Assembly (NCBI GenBank): GCA_963805625.1
Contig: CAWDVE010000010.1
Coordinates: forward strand, 1,056,001-1,120,000
Direction of reading: 5' to 3'
Length of the DNA stretch: 64,000 nt
Origin: an uncultured Candidatus Rokubacteria bacterium
Lineage (GTDB): Bacteria > Methylomirabilota > Methylomirabilia > Rokubacteriales > DASRDR01
Made by a program: the position numbers and the translations under genes. Shown one piece after another: positions 49,306 through 58,837 of the stretch (positions are counted from its first letter, which is position 1; each line of letters opens with the position of its first letter). The notes beneath the pieces are model-generated. The model made no database searches, had not been told where the DNA came from, and saw only the letters and a program-made list of their open reading frames with translations.

Positions 49306-49830
49306 GTGTCAACAACATCACGCGAGCTTCCGCCCGTGTGGCACACTCGGACCGTGGGACTGGGCCGCACCACTCGCTTCGCGCCATTGCCCGCCGGCGC
49401 CCGGCGCGTCAGCGTGATGCGGGCGGGCACGGTCGGCGTGAAAGCCCTGGCGCCTTCCGATGAGCTCCTGGCGGAGTTCCAAGCCCGGAAGCGCGCGCTG
49501 ATGCGCGCCGGCGCGACCGGCGACGCGGCCCACGCCGAGGCGCACCGGGCGCTCGGCTATCGCGAGCGCTTCCTACGAGAGATTTGCGGCCGGCCGGACG
49601 CGCTCGCCGCCCTGCGCCAGCTCATTGCCGAGGCCCGCACCGGGGACGTCTACCTCATGTGCATGTGCGGCTACCAGACGCCCGGGCGCGCGTGCCACAC
49701 CTACGCGCTCCTCGACCTCGCCCGCGAGCTAGACCCCACGGTCCGAGAGCTGACCGAGCCCGCCCCGCGACGGCTGGCCTCGACCTCTGAGCAGGCTGCC
49801 CGACGTGGACGGCGCCACGGCGATCGCTAG
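49306..49830 (+). CDS. DUF488-like protein
   Basis: VSVMR, LAPS.ELL, YRERF..E, LMC.C.....CH pattern. Confidence 0.55.
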   Translation: MSTTSRELPPVWHTRTVGLGRTTRFAPLPAGARRVSVMRAGTVGVKALAPSDELLAEFQARKRALMRAGATGDAAHAEAHRALGYRERFLREICGRPDALAALRQLIAEARTGDVYLMCMCGYQTPGRACHTYALLDLARELDPTVRELTEPAPRRLASTSEQAARRGRRHGDR

Positions 49831-49848
49831 GACGGCCTGACCCCGGCG

Positions 49849-50175
49849 CTAGCCGGGCGCCGCGCCGCGGCAGATCTCGCAGGGACACCACTCCCGAAGC
49901 TTGTGGAACGTGTAGATCCCGGTCGCGTGGCCGTCGCTCCACCGGACTCGGATCGCGTACCGGCCCACCAGCGTGACCTCCTCGGCCCGGATGTCCGCGC
50001 GGACCGAGCGCGGGTCGAGCAGGCGCTGGCCGGTCAGCTCGTGCACGCAGCCGGCGCACGGGCACCGCTCGCGGAGCATCTTGTTCGGGAAGACGCTCCG
50101 GTGGCCGTCGGACCACGAGACGTGGATCTCACGGTCCTCGATCCGGCGGATCTCGACCGGCGACGCATCAGGCAT
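49849..50175 (-). CDS. DUF971/GBBH-like N-terminal domain protein
   Basis: WSDGH...LR..CPCA.C...VGRYAI...WSDGH.TGIY pattern. Confidence 0.88.
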   Translation of the reverse strand: MPDASPVEIRRIEDREIHVSWSDGHRSVFPNKMLRERCPCAGCVHELTGQRLLDPRSVRADIRAEEVTLVGRYAIRVRWSDGHATGIYTFHKLREWCPCEICRGAAPG

Positions 50176-50214
50176 TGTTTGAGGATCCCCCCCCGAGCCC
50201 GTATCCTACCAGCC

Positions 50215-51450
50215 GTGGCGCCCGTGCCCGGCCGAACCGTGGTCGCGTGGCTGCTCTACGACTTCGCCAACTCGGCCTACGTGGCCGTGATCCCCGGTAC
50301 CGTCTACTCGAAGTACTACGCCCTTGCCGTCGTCGGGAACGAGCACGGCGAGGGCGACTTCTGGTGGGGTCTCTCCGTGACGATCTCCATGGTGATCGTC
50401 GCTCTCGCCTCCCCGCCGCTCGGCGCCATCGCCGATCACGCCGGGGTCCGGAAGCGGTTCCTCGGACTCCTGACCTATCTCTCGGTGGGGGCGACGGCCC
50501 TCATGGCCACGGTGAAGCCGGGTGACGTGGTGTGGGGCCTCCTGCTCGCCGTCGTCGGGACGGTGGGCTTCGAGGCCGCCATCGTCTATTACAACGCGTA
50601 TCTCCCTGACCTGGCCGACGCGTCGTGGCGGGGCCGGCTCTCCGCGTACGGGTTCGCCACGGGCTACGCGGGCTCGGCCCTCGCGCTGGCGGCCGCCCTG
50701 CCCTTCGCGCTCGGGGGCTGGTATGGCGGCGCCTTCCTGACGGCCGCGGCGCTCTTCGGCCTCTTCGCCCTGCCCGCCATGCTCTTCCTGCCGCCAGATC
50801 GGCCCGGAAGCCTCTCGCTCGGCGGCGCCGTCCGCATCGGCTTCACCGAGTCCCGCGACGCCCTCCGGCGGATCCTCCGGCTCCCCAACCTGCGAGGCTT
50901 CCTCCTCGCGTACCTCTTCTTCGAGGACGGGACCAACACGGTCGTGTACTTCTCATCGGTGTTCGCCGGTCACACCCTCGGCTTCGCCACCGCCGAGGTG
51001 ATCGGCCTCTACTTCGTGGTCCAACTCTCGGCCCTGGCCGGCGCGTGGCTCTGGGCGCGGCCGATCGACAGGTGGGGGCCGAAGGTCGTGGTGATGACCA
51101 CGCTCGTCCAGTGGTGCCTCGTCGTGCTGGCCGCGTACTTCGTGACGACGAAGGGCCAGTTCTACGTGGTGGCGATCTTCGCGGGGAGCGGGCTTGGGGC
51201 CATCCAGGCCGCGTCGCGCACCTTCATGGCGAGCCTGATCCCGAAGGGGCAGGAGGCTTCGCTCTTCGGCTTCTACTCGCTCTGCGGCAAGACGGCCGCG
51301 GTGATGGGCCCGGTGATCTTCGGGACCGCGTCCCTCCTCACGGGCGGGAACCAGCGCGTGGCGATCCTCGCAGTCGGCCTGATGTTCGTCGCCGGCCTGA
51401 TCCTGCTCGCTCGCGTCCGGGCCGGCGGCCCGGCGCCCGCGCCGGCCTGA
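50215..51450 (+). CDS. MFS transporter, UMF1/Atg22-like
   Basis: W.LYDFANS, YNAYLP, SR.FM..LIP, FGFY motifs. Confidence 0.88.
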   Translation: MAPVPGRTVVAWLLYDFANSAYVAVIPGTVYSKYYALAVVGNEHGEGDFWWGLSVTISMVIVALASPPLGAIADHAGVRKRFLGLLTYLSVGATALMATVKPGDVVWGLLLAVVGTVGFEAAIVYYNAYLPDLADASWRGRLSAYGFATGYAGSALALAAALPFALGGWYGGAFLTAAALFGLFALPAMLFLPPDRPGSLSLGGAVRIGFTESRDALRRILRLPNLRGFLLAYLFFEDGTNTVVYFSSVFAGHTLGFATAEVIGLYFVVQLSALAGAWLWARPIDRWGPKVVVMTTLVQWCLVVLAAYFVTTKGQFYVVAIFAGSGLGAIQAASRTFMASLIPKGQEASLFGFYSLCGKTAAVMGPVIFGTASLLTGGNQRVAILAVGLMFVAGLILLARVRAGGPAPAPA

Positions 51451-51472
51451 GGGCGCGGTCGGGGGATTCCGC

Positions 51473-53914
51473 TCAGGCGCGGATCCGGGCGCCCTGCGGA
51501 TCGTACAGCACGTCGGGGGCGACCTCGGCGGGCACTCGCTCTCCGAAGACCTCGACCTCGAGCGGCGTGCCCACGGCCCCGGCGAGGTCGACCGGCAAGT
51601 ACACGAGACCGATGTTGCGGCCCACCGTGTAGCCGTAGCCGCCGCTCCGGAGCCGTCCCAGCACCTGGCCGTCCTTCCACACCGCCTCCCCGCCGTAGAT
51701 CGTCGACGCGGGGTCGACCGTCACCGTCGCGAGCCGACGCGTGACGCCCGCGGCCTTGACCCCGAGCAGCGCCTCGCGCCCGATGAAGTCGCCCTTCCCC
51801 AGCCGGACGCAGAAGCCGAGGCCGGCCTCGTAGGGGTTGTCCGACGGCGTGATGTCAGCGCTCCAGTAGCGATACCCCTTCTCGAGCCGGAGCGAGTCGA
51901 GAGCCTTGTAGCCCACTGGCGCGACGCCCTCGGGCCGGCCGGCCTCGAGGAGCGCGTCCCACACGCCGCACGCTCTCGCGGCCGGCACGTAGAGCTCCCA
52001 GCCGAGCTCCCCGACGTAGGTCACCCGCTGGGCCCAGACGTCAGCCGGACCGATGCGGATCGAGCGCGCAACGAGATACGGGAACGCGGCGTTCGACACG
52101 TCGTCTCGACTCACGCCCGCGAGGACGCGCCGGGCGGCCGGGCCCCACAGCCCGATCACCGCCAGCTCGTCGGTCGCCTCGCGGACCTCGACAGAGCCGT
52201 CACGCGGCAGGTGCATGCGGATCCAGCCGAGGTCGCCCGGGACGAACCCCGATCCCGTCACCACGCGGAAGCGCTCGTCGGCCAGCCGGATAACGGTGAC
52301 GTCCGCCTCGATTCCCCCGCGCGAGTTGAGGAACTGCGTGTAGACGACGCTGCCGGGCGGCTTCCCGATTTCGTTGTCAGCGAGGTGCTGGAGGAGCGGC
52401 AGCGCACCCGGCCCCCGGACGTCGATCTTCCCGAACGAGGTCATGTCGAGCAGGCCGACGCGCTCCCGCACGACGCGGTGCTCCTCGCCCACCCGGTCGA
52501 AGAAGGCGGGGCGCCCCCATCCCCACGCGCGCTGGTCCGCCCCGGCGCGCCGGCCGGGCCGGCCCGGCTCGAAGTAGAGGACGCGCTCCCAGCCGTTCTT
52601 CTCGCCGAACACGCCCCCGAGCGCCAGGCACCGTCCGTCGAGCGGCGAGAGGCGCCGCTCCCGCACCGACTCGTTCTCGTCATGAGGATAGCGGAGCATG
52701 TAGTAGTAGCGGTAGGACTCGCGCGCCCGCTCGGCCGCGTACGCACGGTCCTCGTACACCGGACCGAAGCGCCGCACGTTCATCTCGCTGACGTCGTAGG
52801 GAGGCTCTCCCTCCACGAGCCACTCCGCGATGATGTCGCCGATCGCGGCACCCGCGCCGAAGCCCGTGTGGGAGAGCCCGGCCGCGGCCCAGAAGCCGGG
52901 CACGCCGGGCACCGGTCCCAGCAGGGGCCGGCTGTCCGGGGTGATGCCCTCCGGCCCGTTCGTGAGGTGGGCCATCTCCGCCCGGCCCAGGACAGGGACG
53001 CGCCGGATCGCGCCCTCCATGATCTCGCCGAAGAGCTCCCAGTCTGACGGGAGGAGCCGCTGGGTGAAATCCCACGGCACGCCGTCCACCGACCAGGCCA
53101 CCGGCTCTCGCTCAAAGCCCCCGATCAGGAATCCGCCGACCTCTTCGCGGAGGTAGACCAGATTCTCCGGATCGCGGAGGCAGGGAGTCGCCCGCGGCAG
53201 CTCGTGCCCTGGGATTGGCTTGGTGGCCAGGTGCTGGTGGACGAGGGGCGTGATCGGCAGACTCACGCCCGCCATCGCGGCCACCTGGCGGCCCCACATC
53301 CCGGCCGCGTTGATCACCATCTCCGCGCGCACCCGGCCGCGGTCGGTGACGACGGCCGCGACGGCGCCGTCCCGCGAGCGCTCGATGTCCGTCACGCGGA
53401 CTCCGGTCTCGATCGTCACCCCGAGCGCCCGGGCGCGCCGTGCGAGCTCGGTCGTCGCCCCGCTCGGGTCGATCCACCCGTCCCCAGGCAGGTACATGGC
53501 CCCGTGGAGGTCGTCGGGGGACATGAGCGGGAACAGCTGAAGGGCCTCGGCGGGCGAGATGGTGTCGACGTCGAGGCCGAGGGCGCGCGCCGTCCCGACC
53601 TGCCGCCGCAGGAAGAGCCACTGGTCCCGGCTCGAGGCGACCCGCAGGCTCCCGACCTCGTGCCAGTGCTCGGGTGAGCCCGGCTCCGTCTGGAGGCTCC
53701 GGTAGAGGCGGATCGAGTACTGCCGCATGCGCATGATCGTCGGGGAGGTGTGGAAGTGCGTCACCATCCCCGCGGCGTGCCACGTCGACCCGCTCGTGAG
53801 CTCGCCCTTGTCGAGGAGCAGCACGTCGGTCCACCCCTTGCGCGCCAGGTGGTAGGCGATGCTGCAGCCGGCAATGCCGCCGCCGATGATGACGACCCGC
53901 GCCTGGTCTCTCAC
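51473..53914 (-). CDS. FAD-dependent oxidoreductase with GcvT domains (dimethylglycine/sarcosine dehydrogenase-like)
   Basis: IGGGIAG, SGSTWHAAG, NGPE..TPD, YVGELGWE, LRLEKGY motifs. Confidence 0.92.
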   Translation of the reverse strand: MRDQARVVIIGGGIAGCSIAYHLARKGWTDVLLLDKGELTSGSTWHAAGMVTHFHTSPTIMRMRQYSIRLYRSLQTEPGSPEHWHEVGSLRVASSRDQWLFLRRQVGTARALGLDVDTISPAEALQLFPLMSPDDLHGAMYLPGDGWIDPSGATTELARRARALGVTIETGVRVTDIERSRDGAVAAVVTDRGRVRAEMVINAAGMWGRQVAAMAGVSLPITPLVHQHLATKPIPGHELPRATPCLRDPENLVYLREEVGGFLIGGFEREPVAWSVDGVPWDFTQRLLPSDWELFGEIMEGAIRRVPVLGRAEMAHLTNGPEGITPDSRPLLGPVPGVPGFWAAAGLSHTGFGAGAAIGDIIAEWLVEGEPPYDVSEMNVRRFGPVYEDRAYAAERARESYRYYYMLRYPHDENESVRERRLSPLDGRCLALGGVFGEKNGWERVLYFEPGRPGRRAGADQRAWGWGRPAFFDRVGEEHRVVRERVGLLDMTSFGKIDVRGPGALPLLQHLADNEIGKPPGSVVYTQFLNSRGGIEADVTVIRLADERFRVVTGSGFVPGDLGWIRMHLPRDGSVEVREATDELAVIGLWGPAARRVLAGVSRDDVSNAAFPYLVARSIRIGPADVWAQRVTYVGELGWELYVPAARACGVWDALLEAGRPEGVAPVGYKALDSLRLEKGYRYWSADITPSDNPYEAGLGFCVRLGKGDFIGREALLGVKAAGVTRRLATVTVDPASTIYGGEAVWKDGQVLGRLRSGGYGYTVGRNIGLVYLPVDLAGAVGTPLEVEVFGERVPAEVAPDVLYDPQGARIRA

Positions 53915-54444
53915 TGGCCTCCCCGCGCCCGCATGGCGAGCGGACGACCGCTCCATTCTTCCCACGCGGGCTCAGCCCGTCAATGCGGAAGGACCGCGGA
54001 AACGGTGAGCGCTACCCAGCGACGGCCCGGTGAGGTGCGGAGCATGCCCGAGATCTGCCCGGACCGCGTAGGCGACGTCGAGAGCCTGCCGGCACAATTG
54101 GTTCGCTGTCCGATCCGCCGGGCGCTCACCGACGGCCTGCCTCCCCACTCCTCTACCTTCTGGGCTCCTGCTCGGAGCGGATGACAGGTATCTGGCACAG
54201 ACCTCCTCGCCGAGATGTCCGGCTACCGCCACGGCTGAAAGTTCACCGGGAGGCTCGCCGACCTGGCGCTGCCCACCCACAGGCTCGGCGACGCCATGGT
54301 TCGCTTCTATAGCCGCCCCACCAACGCGGAGACTGAAAGGGAGCGACGCAGGCGTCCGTCTGCTGGTCACACGGTAATCGCCATGGAGAGGATAACGACA
54401 TATTCTCGGTCCATGGGAGCCAGGGGAACTGGGAGGGCTGGGCG

Positions 54445-55239
54445 ATGATCCCGCGTGTGCTCGTGGTGGGAGCCCTGCTGGCTGCCTGGGTGACCGCCCA
54501 GCTCGGGGGTCCCGCGCTTCCGGGCTCCGCGAGCTCGGTGGCCCCACCCGCCCGACAGGTGCGATGGGAGGTCGTCCGCAGCTCCCCCCATGACCCCGAC
54601 GCCTTCGTCCAGGGACTCGTGTGGCACGACGGGGGGTTCTTCGAGAGCACGGGCCTCCTCGGTCGGTCGACGCTCCGCCGGGTCGAGTGGCCGAGCGGTC
54701 GGGTGCTGCGAAAGGTGGCGCTACCGCCGGACGTGTTCGGTGAAGGTCTCGCCCGGGTCGGCAACCGACTGGTCCAGCTCACGTGGCGATCCGGGCGGGG
54801 GTTCGTCTACGACCTGGCGACCTTTCGACTGCTCCACGAGTTTCGTTACGAGGGCGAAGGATGGGGGCTCACTCATGACGGCAGGAGTCTCATCCTGAGC
54901 GATGGAAGCGACGTCCTCACCTACCTCGACCCTCAGCGCTTCGTCTCGACCCGGAAGCTCGCCGTCACCTGGAACGGTCGACCGGTGCATCGGCTGAACG
55001 AGCTCGAGTTCATCGATGGCGAGGTGTGGGCCAACGTGTGGCACACCGATGTCATCGTCCGGATCGATCCGGCATCGGGTCGGGTCTCGTCCTTTCTCGA
55101 CATGTCCGGGCTCCTGCCAGAGGACCGGCGCCCCGAGGGTGGGGCGGTGCTCAACGGCATCGCCTACGACCCGGCCACGCGGCGGGTGTTCGTCACCGGC
55201 AAGCTCTGGCCTCTCCTCTTCGAGATCCGCGTCCGCTGA
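54445..55239 (+). CDS. Glutaminyl-peptide cyclotransferase (bacterial/plant type)
   Basis: PHD..AF.QGL, ESTG, FGEG, QLTW, EGWGL, LNELE, LNGIAYD, TGK.WP motifs. Confidence 0.92.
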   Translation: MIPRVLVVGALLAAWVTAQLGGPALPGSASSVAPPARQVRWEVVRSSPHDPDAFVQGLVWHDGGFFESTGLLGRSTLRRVEWPSGRVLRKVALPPDVFGEGLARVGNRLVQLTWRSGRGFVYDLATFRLLHEFRYEGEGWGLTHDGRSLILSDGSDVLTYLDPQRFVSTRKLAVTWNGRPVHRLNELEFIDGEVWANVWHTDVIVRIDPASGRVSSFLDMSGLLPEDRRPEGGAVLNGIAYDPATRRVFVTGKLWPLLFEIRVR

Positions 55240-55334
55240 CCGGATCTCCGGCCGCCCCAGCGGGCAGCGTGGCGCGAGAAGGACGGCCCTCCCCACTCCT
55301 GGGCTGAGGCCACGACGCGCCTCCGGCGCCAGGC

Positions 55335-55460
55335 CTAGGCGACGACCGGCATCGGCAGGTACACGGCCGCGACGGTGAGGAGGCCGGCCGCGATCGGGCG
55401 CTGGAGGAAGATACCGTAGTCGCTGCGAGAGATGATCACCGCACGGCGGAAGGCCCGCTG
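55335..55460 (-). pseudogene. C-terminal remnant of a TctA-like tripartite tricarboxylate transporter permease
   Basis: Manual translation RAFRRAVIISRSDYGIFLQRPIAAGLL...* resembles the TctA C-terminus. Confidence 0.55.
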
Positions 55461-55461
55461 C

Positions 55462-57186
55462 TCACCGTCGCCGCCACGCCTGGGTCCGTCGCTCGAGCCA
55501 CCGCGCGAGCACCGCGTGTATCGCGCGGGCGCCCACGTTCGTGTAGAAGATCATCATTGCCATCGCCGCCGCCGCCGCGACGTCCCCCGTGTCGTCCATG
55601 TTCAGGACCGAGACCGATGCTAGCTCCGTGCTGGGCCCGTACAGGAACACCACTCCGGACACGGTCGCCATGGCGTTCACGAACAGGTACATGCCCGTGT
55701 CGAGGATGGCGGGCAGGCACACCGGCACGGTGACCTTCCAGAACGTACGATATACGGGCTGCCGCAGCGACATCGCCACGGTCTCGAACTCGGGGTCCAT
55801 CTGCTTGAGCGCGGTCAGCGCCGTGAGGTGCGCCACCGTGTAGAAGTGGACGACGGTATTGATGACGAGGATGGCCATCGTCCGGTAGAGGCCATTGAGC
55901 GGGTTCCGGGGGTCATTGAAGAAGAAGATGTAGGCGAGGCCGAGCACCATGCCCGGCACGGCCATGGGCAGCATGGCGAGGAACTGGAAGCCCGTCCGTC
56001 CCCACCGGAACCCCCGCCCCTTCTCCACGACGTAGGCGCCCACGAACACGACCACGATTCCCACCACCGCGGTCAAGAGCCCGAGGCGGATGGAGTTGTA
56101 GTAGGACAGCCAGCCCCCACCACCCTTCCGGTCGAAGTCGTAGTTGGCGAGCGTCAGCGACAGGTTGTAGGGCCAGAACTTCACGAGGGCGCCAAACTGC
56201 GAGATCGCGATGAGTCCCACCAGGAAGAGGCCGATGACCGTGCAGCAGGCCAGCATGGCGCCGTCGAACGCCGGGTTCGGCTTGGGGACGTAGGGCACGG
56301 CCCGAACGGTCAGGAGGGCGACCTGCCGCCGCTGGACGAGCCGGTCGACCAGGAAGGCACAGCCCGCGGGCAATAGGAGCAGCACGCTCACCACGGCACC
56401 CATCTCGAAGTTCTGCTGACCGATCACCTGCTTGTAGACGTCCGTGGCGAGAACGTTGTACTGCCCACCGATGACCTTGGGCGCCCCGAAATCCGTGATG
56501 ACCATCACGAAGACCACGAACATGGCGCTGATGAGACCGTAGCGCGCGCCCGGCAGGGTCACCGTGAAGAAGATGCGGCGCCGGGTCGCCCGCAGGGCGA
56601 CGGCGGCCTCGTACAGCCGGGCGTCCGCCAGCGACAGCGCCGTGACGATGATCAGGAGCGCGTGCGGAAAGGTGAAGAAGACCTCCGACATCACGATTCC
56701 GATGGGGCCGTAGATCGAGTGGCCCAGCAGAAAACCCTTGACCAGGCCCTGGTTGCCGAAGAGGTAGACCAGGGCCAGCCCAGGCAGGAGCGACGGGACG
56801 AGGATGGGTATCAGGGCCACCGTCTTGAACAGGGGCTTCCAGGGCAGGCAGCTTCGTGTCAGCGCGTACGCGTAGAGGAAGGCGAGCGGCACCGTGATGG
56901 CGGTGCTCAGGAGCGCGACGAAAAGGCTGTTGCTGATCGACTGGGCGAGCGCGGGAGTCTCGAAGTAGCGCGCGTAGTTCGCGAGGCCGACGAACGCCCC
57001 GTTCGGATCCTCGACGCTCTTGGCGAGCATGATACCCAACGGCAACGCCAGGGTCACGACGAGGTAGAGGCCGATCAGCGCGAGGAGCCCGCGCATGAGC
57101 CAGTCGTCGCGCGAGGCTCGCTGCTTGACGACGGCGGCGGGCACCCCGGTAGGGCCGACGGCCGTCGCCGCGCTCACTTGAGCCAC
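55462..57186 (-). CDS. Putative 2-aminoethylphosphonate/iron-type ABC transporter permease (duplicated TM domain)
   Basis: DARLYEAA, TDFGAPKVIGGQYNVLATD.YKQVIGQQNF, TQAWR C-terminus. Confidence 0.85.
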   Translation of the reverse strand: MAQVSAATAVGPTGVPAAVVKQRASRDDWLMRGLLALIGLYLVVTLALPLGIMLAKSVEDPNGAFVGLANYARYFETPALAQSISNSLFVALLSTAITVPLAFLYAYALTRSCLPWKPLFKTVALIPILVPSLLPGLALVYLFGNQGLVKGFLLGHSIYGPIGIVMSEVFFTFPHALLIIVTALSLADARLYEAAVALRATRRRIFFTVTLPGARYGLISAMFVVFVMVITDFGAPKVIGGQYNVLATDVYKQVIGQQNFEMGAVVSVLLLLPAGCAFLVDRLVQRRQVALLTVRAVPYVPKPNPAFDGAMLACCTVIGLFLVGLIAISQFGALVKFWPYNLSLTLANYDFDRKGGGGWLSYYNSIRLGLLTAVVGIVVVFVGAYVVEKGRGFRWGRTGFQFLAMLPMAVPGMVLGLAYIFFFNDPRNPLNGLYRTMAILVINTVVHFYTVAHLTALTALKQMDPEFETVAMSLRQPVYRTFWKVTVPVCLPAILDTGMYLFVNAMATVSGVVFLYGPSTELASVSVLNMDDTGDVAAAAAMAMMIFYTNVGARAIHAVLARWLERRTQAWRRR

Positions 57187-57318
57187 GGCACGGCTCCCCG
57201 TGGGGCTCCCGACATGGCGTCACCATAGCCGAGGCGCGGCGGGCGCCGCAATGGGCCCGCCATCGGCACTGAGTTCGGCCGCCGTCGCCGGTGCGGTGCT
57301 ACAATTCCGGCCCGCAGC

Positions 57319-57825
57319 ATGCGTCCCGTCGGAGCCTCGTGCCAGGCGGTGCGACTCGGCGCGGCGGTGGCGAGCCTCGCCATGGCCACCGCCTTCTACT
57401 GCTGGCCCGTCGTCGGTCCGTCCCCCACTCGCAGCATCACGAGCGACCTCGCCGCCGACACGTATCCCTGGCGCCGATACGTGACGCAGGAGCTGTTCCA
57501 GGGCCGGCTGCCACGCTGTTCGAGGTGGGACGATCCGGATCGTGTCGTGCTGCGGGTGCGCGCCGCCGAGGCCGGTCCGCTCGTGCTGAGCGACACCTAC
57601 TATCGCGGATGGACCGCGACGGTTGACGGGCGACGCACGCCCATCCTCCGCGCGAACCTGCTCTTCCGAATGGTGTGCGTGCCCGCCGGCGATCACGTGG
57701 TCGAGTTCACGTTCCGTCAGCCCAGGTTCCACCTGGGGCTCGGGATCACGGTCGCCACGGCGATCGGCGCACTCCTCATCGTGCTGGGACCCGTCGCGCG
57801 TGACCGGACGGCCTGGCCTGACTGA
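57319..57825 (+). pseudogene. YfhO-family membrane protein collapsed by internal deletion
   Basis: N-terminal YPWR.....L..GRLP is joined in frame to C-terminal LVLSDTYYRGWTATVDG...RAN....V.VPAG.H.VEF. Only 168 aa. Confidence 0.7.
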
Positions 57826-57848
57826 TGTCCAGGGGAGGTTCTCGACCG

Positions 57849-58763
57849 ATGGATCCGTCGACGATCGCCGGAATCTGGCCAATCCTCTACGCCTTCTTCG
57901 ACACCGGGGGACGGATCGACCGCTCGGCCATGCGGCGACAGATCGACGCCTGCGTGACCGGGCACGCTCACGGCGTCGCGGTGATGGGCCTGGCCACCGA
58001 GGTGGGCAAGCTCGACGTCCGCGAGCGGCGAGAGCTCCTCGAGTGGGTCGCGGAGGACCTCGGGGAGCGGGCGCCCCTCGCGGTCACGGTGGCCGAGCCG
58101 AGCGTTCACGGCCAAGCCGAGATGGCGCGCGCGGCGGAGCGCCTGGGAGCGGGCTGGGTGATCCTCCAGCCGCCCCCGGTGGCCGGGCTTCCGGAGATCG
58201 AGTACGTGCGATTCCTCGGCGCGGTGGCCGACCGGGTCTCGCTGCCCGTCGCGGTCCAGAACGCGCCCGGCTATCTCGGGGTGAGCCTCTCGAACGCCGG
58301 GCTCCGTGAGCTGTCCCGCCAGCACCCGAACGTCTGCCTGCTGAAGGGCGAGGGCCCGGCCGTGGTGATCCGCCGCCTGATCGAGGAGACGCAGGGCGCC
58401 TTCCGTGTCCTGAACGGACGCGGCGGCCTCGAGCTCCCGGACAATCTCCGCGCGGGCTGCGTGGGACTGATCCCCGCCCCGGAGTGCTTCGACGTCCAGG
58501 TCCGGATCTTCGAGCTGATGCAGAGCGGGCAGCCGGCGGACGAGGCGGAGGCGGAGCGGCTCTACCGTGGCATCCTGCCGCTCATCGTCTTCCTGATGCA
58601 GTCGGTCGAGAATTTCCTCTGCTACGGCAAGCGGCTGACGGCGCGCCGCCTCGGGCTCGGCGAAGTGCACGACCGCCCGCCGGCCCTGCCGCCCACCGTG
58701 TTCGGTCTAGCGTCCGCCGAGCGCTACGCCGCGGACCTCGGACCCTACGGCGTCAGACCTTGA
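57849..58763 (+). CDS. Dihydrodipicolinate synthase (DapA-like) family protein
   Basis: TIM-barrel pattern: G.ATE..KL...ER, QNAP, LKGE, NGRGG.E. Confidence 0.85.
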   Translation: MDPSTIAGIWPILYAFFDTGGRIDRSAMRRQIDACVTGHAHGVAVMGLATEVGKLDVRERRELLEWVAEDLGERAPLAVTVAEPSVHGQAEMARAAERLGAGWVILQPPPVAGLPEIEYVRFLGAVADRVSLPVAVQNAPGYLGVSLSNAGLRELSRQHPNVCLLKGEGPAVVIRRLIEETQGAFRVLNGRGGLELPDNLRAGCVGLIPAPECFDVQVRIFELMQSGQPADEAEAERLYRGILPLIVFLMQSVENFLCYGKRLTARRLGLGEVHDRPPALPPTVFGLASAERYAADLGPYGVRP

Positions 58764-58832
58764 TTTCCCGACATCTTGTAGGCGCGCCGAGCCCTCGCAC
58801 GCGGAATTGTCGGGAAGTCGAAGTCTGACCCC
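58749..58832. repeat. REP/MITE-like inverted repeat element
   Basis: GGCGTCAGACCTTGATTTCCCGACA ... TGTCGGGAAGTCGAAGTCTGACCCC. Same family as 28495-28579; lies between convergent genes. Confidence 0.85.
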
Positions 58833-58837
58833 ACGCC

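Noticed and set aside
53970-54440. Intergenic stretch with short ORFs; possible ncRNA
   Set aside because: No recognisable riboswitch, tRNA or protein motif.
54445-55239. Glutaminyl cyclase as part of the YcaO system (the putative cores are Gln-rich)
   Set aside because: It is about 27 kb away, has a secretion-type N-terminus, and shows no linkage evidence.
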